Assembly: GCA_947627855.1 (NCBI GenBank)
Contig: CANQXR010000011.1
Span: 1,638 to 65,637 of the forward strand
Reading direction: 5' to 3'
Length of the DNA stretch: 64,000 bases
Source of the DNA: an uncultured Clostridia bacterium
GTDB taxonomy: Bacteria; Bacillota; Clostridia; Lachnospirales; CAG-274
Shown here: piece by piece, positions 61,723-64,000 of the stretch
How positions within the stretch are numbered: the stretch's first letter is position 1
How the letters are laid out: each line of letters opens with the position of its first letter
The notes under the pieces: model-generated
The model's database searches: none
What the model was told of the DNA's origin: nothing
What the model saw: the letters and a program-made list of their open reading frames with translations, nothing else
Made by a program: the position numbers and the translations under genes

Positions 61723-62343
61723 ATGAACGCAGAAACCTGTTTAAAAAAGCTTCAATATATAGGCGTGCTTGCATTTGCAACAGTTGACGGACAGGGATAT
61801 CCCCAAGTACGCAACATAAGCGCAATACACTATGAGCCGGACTCCCTGTATTTTTTCACCGCAAAGGGAAAGGCATTCTGTCGGGAGCTTATTAAAAGCA
61901 GACACGTTCAGATATTGGGATATACAAAATATAAGGAAATGATACGCCTTTCGGCTGACGCTGAGCCTGTCCGTGAGGAGGAACAGCAGAAATGGACAGA
62001 TATAATATTTGAAGAACAGCCCTATCTTTACAATATATATCCCGACGACACCCGTCTGATGGGAGGAATGGTTTTCCGCATATCAGAGGGTGAAATCGAA
62101 TATTTCAATCTCGGTGTGAACCCAATTTTCAGAGAAAAATATGCCATGGGCGGCAGAAAGTCCCTGTTCAGGGGATATTACGGCATAACCGATAAATGTA
62201 CAGGCTGCGGAAAATGTGTCGTAAGCTGTCCCCAACACTGCATTGAAAAGGGAAAGCCCGCCGTAATAAACAGTATACACTGTCTGAGCTGCGGCATATG
62301 CTTTGACATCTGCCCCGTAAAAGCCATAGAAAGATTGGACTGA
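61723..62343 (+). CDS. PNPOx-like split-barrel domain fused to a 2x[4Fe-4S] ferredoxin domain
   Basis: N-terminal VLAFATVDGQGYPQVR (PNPOx-like). C-terminal CTGCGKCVVSCP and CLSCGICFDICP ferredoxin motifs. 9-nt gap to the nitroreductase gene. Confidence 0.8.
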   Translation: MNAETCLKKLQYIGVLAFATVDGQGYPQVRNISAIHYEPDSLYFFTAKGKAFCRELIKSRHVQILGYTKYKEMIRLSADAEPVREEEQQKWTDIIFEEQPYLYNIYPDDTRLMGGMVFRISEGEIEYFNLGVNPIFREKYAMGGRKSLFRGYYGITDKCTGCGKCVVSCPQHCIEKGKPAVINSIHCLSCGICFDICPVKAIERLD

Positions 62344-62391
62344 AAATTTCATTTATTTATACTGCTTAACGTACATAAAAAAGACTTTTTG

Positions 62392-62428
62392 ACAGGAGGC
62401 GAGAACAGGCTCAGCCTCCTGTGTTTTA
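62392..62428. terminator. Terminator closing the peptide operon (convergent with murC)
   Basis: acaggaggc-N13-gcctcctgt followed by gtttta. Confidence 0.7.
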
Positions 62429-62434
62429 TAAATA

Positions 62435-63793
62435 TCAGTCTTTAACAAGGGCATCGGCAATTCTGAATACTGTGCCTGCGCCTATTGTAAGAATGAGGTC
62501 GCCCTCGCCAAGCTCAGCCTTAAGGCTTTCTATGCAGGAGTCAAAGCTTCCGCTGTATTCGGAGGTCTTTCCCCTGTGTATAAGCGCCTCGGAAAGCTGC
62601 GCCGAGTTTATATCACCCGGATCCTTTTCACGGGCGGCGTATATGTCAATAAGATAGGTTTTGTCGGCAAGAGAAAGAGCATTTACAAAGCCGTCAAACA
62701 AATCCCTCGTTCTGGTGTAGGTATGGGGCTGAAAAACGGCTATTACCCTGTCAAAGCCCATTTCCTTTGCGGCTGAAAGGGTTGCGGCGATTTCTGTGGG
62801 GTGGTGTGCATAGTCGTCAACCACTACGGCTCCATTGTACTCCCCTTTTTTCTCGAAACGTCTGCCTGTACCCGTAAAGCTTTTAAGTCCGTCGTGTATT
62901 GCTTCGACGCCTATGCCAAGCTCCGTACACAGCGCAACTGCCCCAAGACTGTTGTATACATTGTGCTTGCCCGGTACGGAAAGCTCAACGTCCATAATTT
63001 TCCTGCCATTCTGACAGGCTGTATATTTTCCGAAGCCCTTATCCATACGCAGATTTTCAAATGTCCAGTCAGCGCCGCTTTTGCCGTAGGTTATTATCCT
63101 GCCGTCAAAGCCGTCGGTTACCTTTGATAAGTCGGGGATTTCGTTATTTATTACAATAAAATCATCTGTTCTCTTTACAAAGGCATTGAAGGAGACATAC
63201 ATCTGCTCCATAGTCTTGAAATAATCTGTGTGGTCCCTGTCTATATTGAGTATGACGGCACAGGCAGGATTGAATTTCAGAAAGCTGTCCCTGTATTCGC
63301 AGGTTTCAAGGACTATATACTTGCTGCTGCCAAGACGGTAATTGCTGTGGATAGACGGCAGAATTCCCCCTATTGAAACTGTGGGATCGGTTTTTGCTTT
63401 CATAAGTATTTCAGATATCATAGAGCTTGTGGTCGTTTTGCCGTGTGTGCCGGCTATGGATATAGGGCATTCGTACTCGTGCATAAGCCAGCCTATAAGC
63501 TCCGCCCTGTCGATTTCGTCTATGCCCCGTCTTTTGCCCTCGATCCTCTCCGGATTGTCCTCTCCTATGGCTGCATTATATACGATGAGGTCCGTTTCGG
63601 GGGCGATGTTTTTGCCGTCATGCCCGAAAAACACCTTTATGCCTACGCTGTTAAGGTGTTGTGTCATATCCGTGATCTGGAAATCGGAGCCTTGTACCTT
63701 ATAGCCCCTTTTATTGAGTATTTCGGCAAGGGCGGACATACTTATTCCGCCTATTCCTATAAAATGAATGTTTTTATATTTTCTGAGATTCAT
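62435..63793 (-). CDS. murC: UDP-N-acetylmuramate--L-alanine ligase
   Basis: IHFIGIGGISMSALA, GTHGKTTT, DDYAHHP motifs. Start at ATG 63793 (AAGGA 9 nt upstream); ORF-track start 63802 is possible but abuts the RBS. Confidence 0.95.
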   Translation of the reverse strand: MNLRKYKNIHFIGIGGISMSALAEILNKRGYKVQGSDFQITDMTQHLNSVGIKVFFGHDGKNIAPETDLIVYNAAIGEDNPERIEGKRRGIDEIDRAELIGWLMHEYECPISIAGTHGKTTTSSMISEILMKAKTDPTVSIGGILPSIHSNYRLGSSKYIVLETCEYRDSFLKFNPACAVILNIDRDHTDYFKTMEQMYVSFNAFVKRTDDFIVINNEIPDLSKVTDGFDGRIITYGKSGADWTFENLRMDKGFGKYTACQNGRKIMDVELSVPGKHNVYNSLGAVALCTELGIGVEAIHDGLKSFTGTGRRFEKKGEYNGAVVVDDYAHHPTEIAATLSAAKEMGFDRVIAVFQPHTYTRTRDLFDGFVNALSLADKTYLIDIYAAREKDPGDINSAQLSEALIHRGKTSEYSGSFDSCIESLKAELGEGDLILTIGAGTVFRIADALVKD

Positions 63794-64000
63794 GCGCTTC
63801 ATTCCTTATTTATGTTATATATTCCGGCGTCAACAAAAGCCGCTTATTATATTATGATACAAACAATGTTAAAAATCAAGTCCCATATTATACTTGATTG
63901 TGTCAAGTTGTTCTGGGAGAATTTATCAGGAGATTAATGAGTTAATACGGGCATAGGATCTCAGAAGCACAGATGTTCCTGTAAGCTTGCCGTTTGTAAT

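Noticed and set aside
63925-64000. Partial minus-strand ORF at the window end (...ITNGKLTGTSVLLRSYARINSLIS*)
   Set aside because: Only ~25 codons are visible and no motif is recognisable, so it is not reported as a feature.

Overview
This is a 64-kb chromosomal segment from an anaerobic, endospore-forming Firmicute. The class Clostridia is an inference from spoIIGA-sigE, a fabK-type FAS-II cluster, ylmC/ymxH, a T-box leader and strong GGAGG ribosome-binding sites. All protein calls rest on motifs read from the translations, because no database search was possible.

Most of the window is core metabolism:
- sigE' and spoIIGA, then gdhA.
- A five-gene biotin-dependent Na+-decarboxylase/transcarboxylase-like cluster, followed by thrC.
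- A fabT-like/fabH/acpP/fabK/fabD/fabG/fabF/fabZ/accD/accA cluster.
- An aminopeptidase trio (pepP, DUF2161-like, map).
- A T-box-controlled ilvN-ilvC-cimA-leuCDB-(2 inserted genes)-ilvD-ilvB operon.
- A YtrA-type GntR/ABC module, a solitary sugar-ABC ATPase and proB-(5-FTHF cyclo-ligase)-proA.
- A GH28 gene, ugd, a GT2 and a UPF0104 envelope-glycan set.
- A decayed IS481-like element, an OmpR/HK two-component system, a Na/Pi-PhoU transporter and murC.

No rRNA, tRNA or CRISPR array was seen.

The two most interesting loci:
1. **59358..62428.** An unannotated 48-aa Cys-rich precursor peptide built from tandem ACGX units sits immediately upstream of a radical SAM/SPASM enzyme. A nitroreductase-fold protein and a PNPOx-ferredoxin fusion follow, and the operon is divergent from an HxlR regulator. 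This is a candidate, chemically uncharacterised RiPP system.
2. **25041..26002.** Four tandem ~255-bp units each carry two long, near-perfect GC-rich palindromes. The stem sequences differ between copies but remain fully paired. A fifth copy at 47178..47306 shares the architecture but not the stem sequence.
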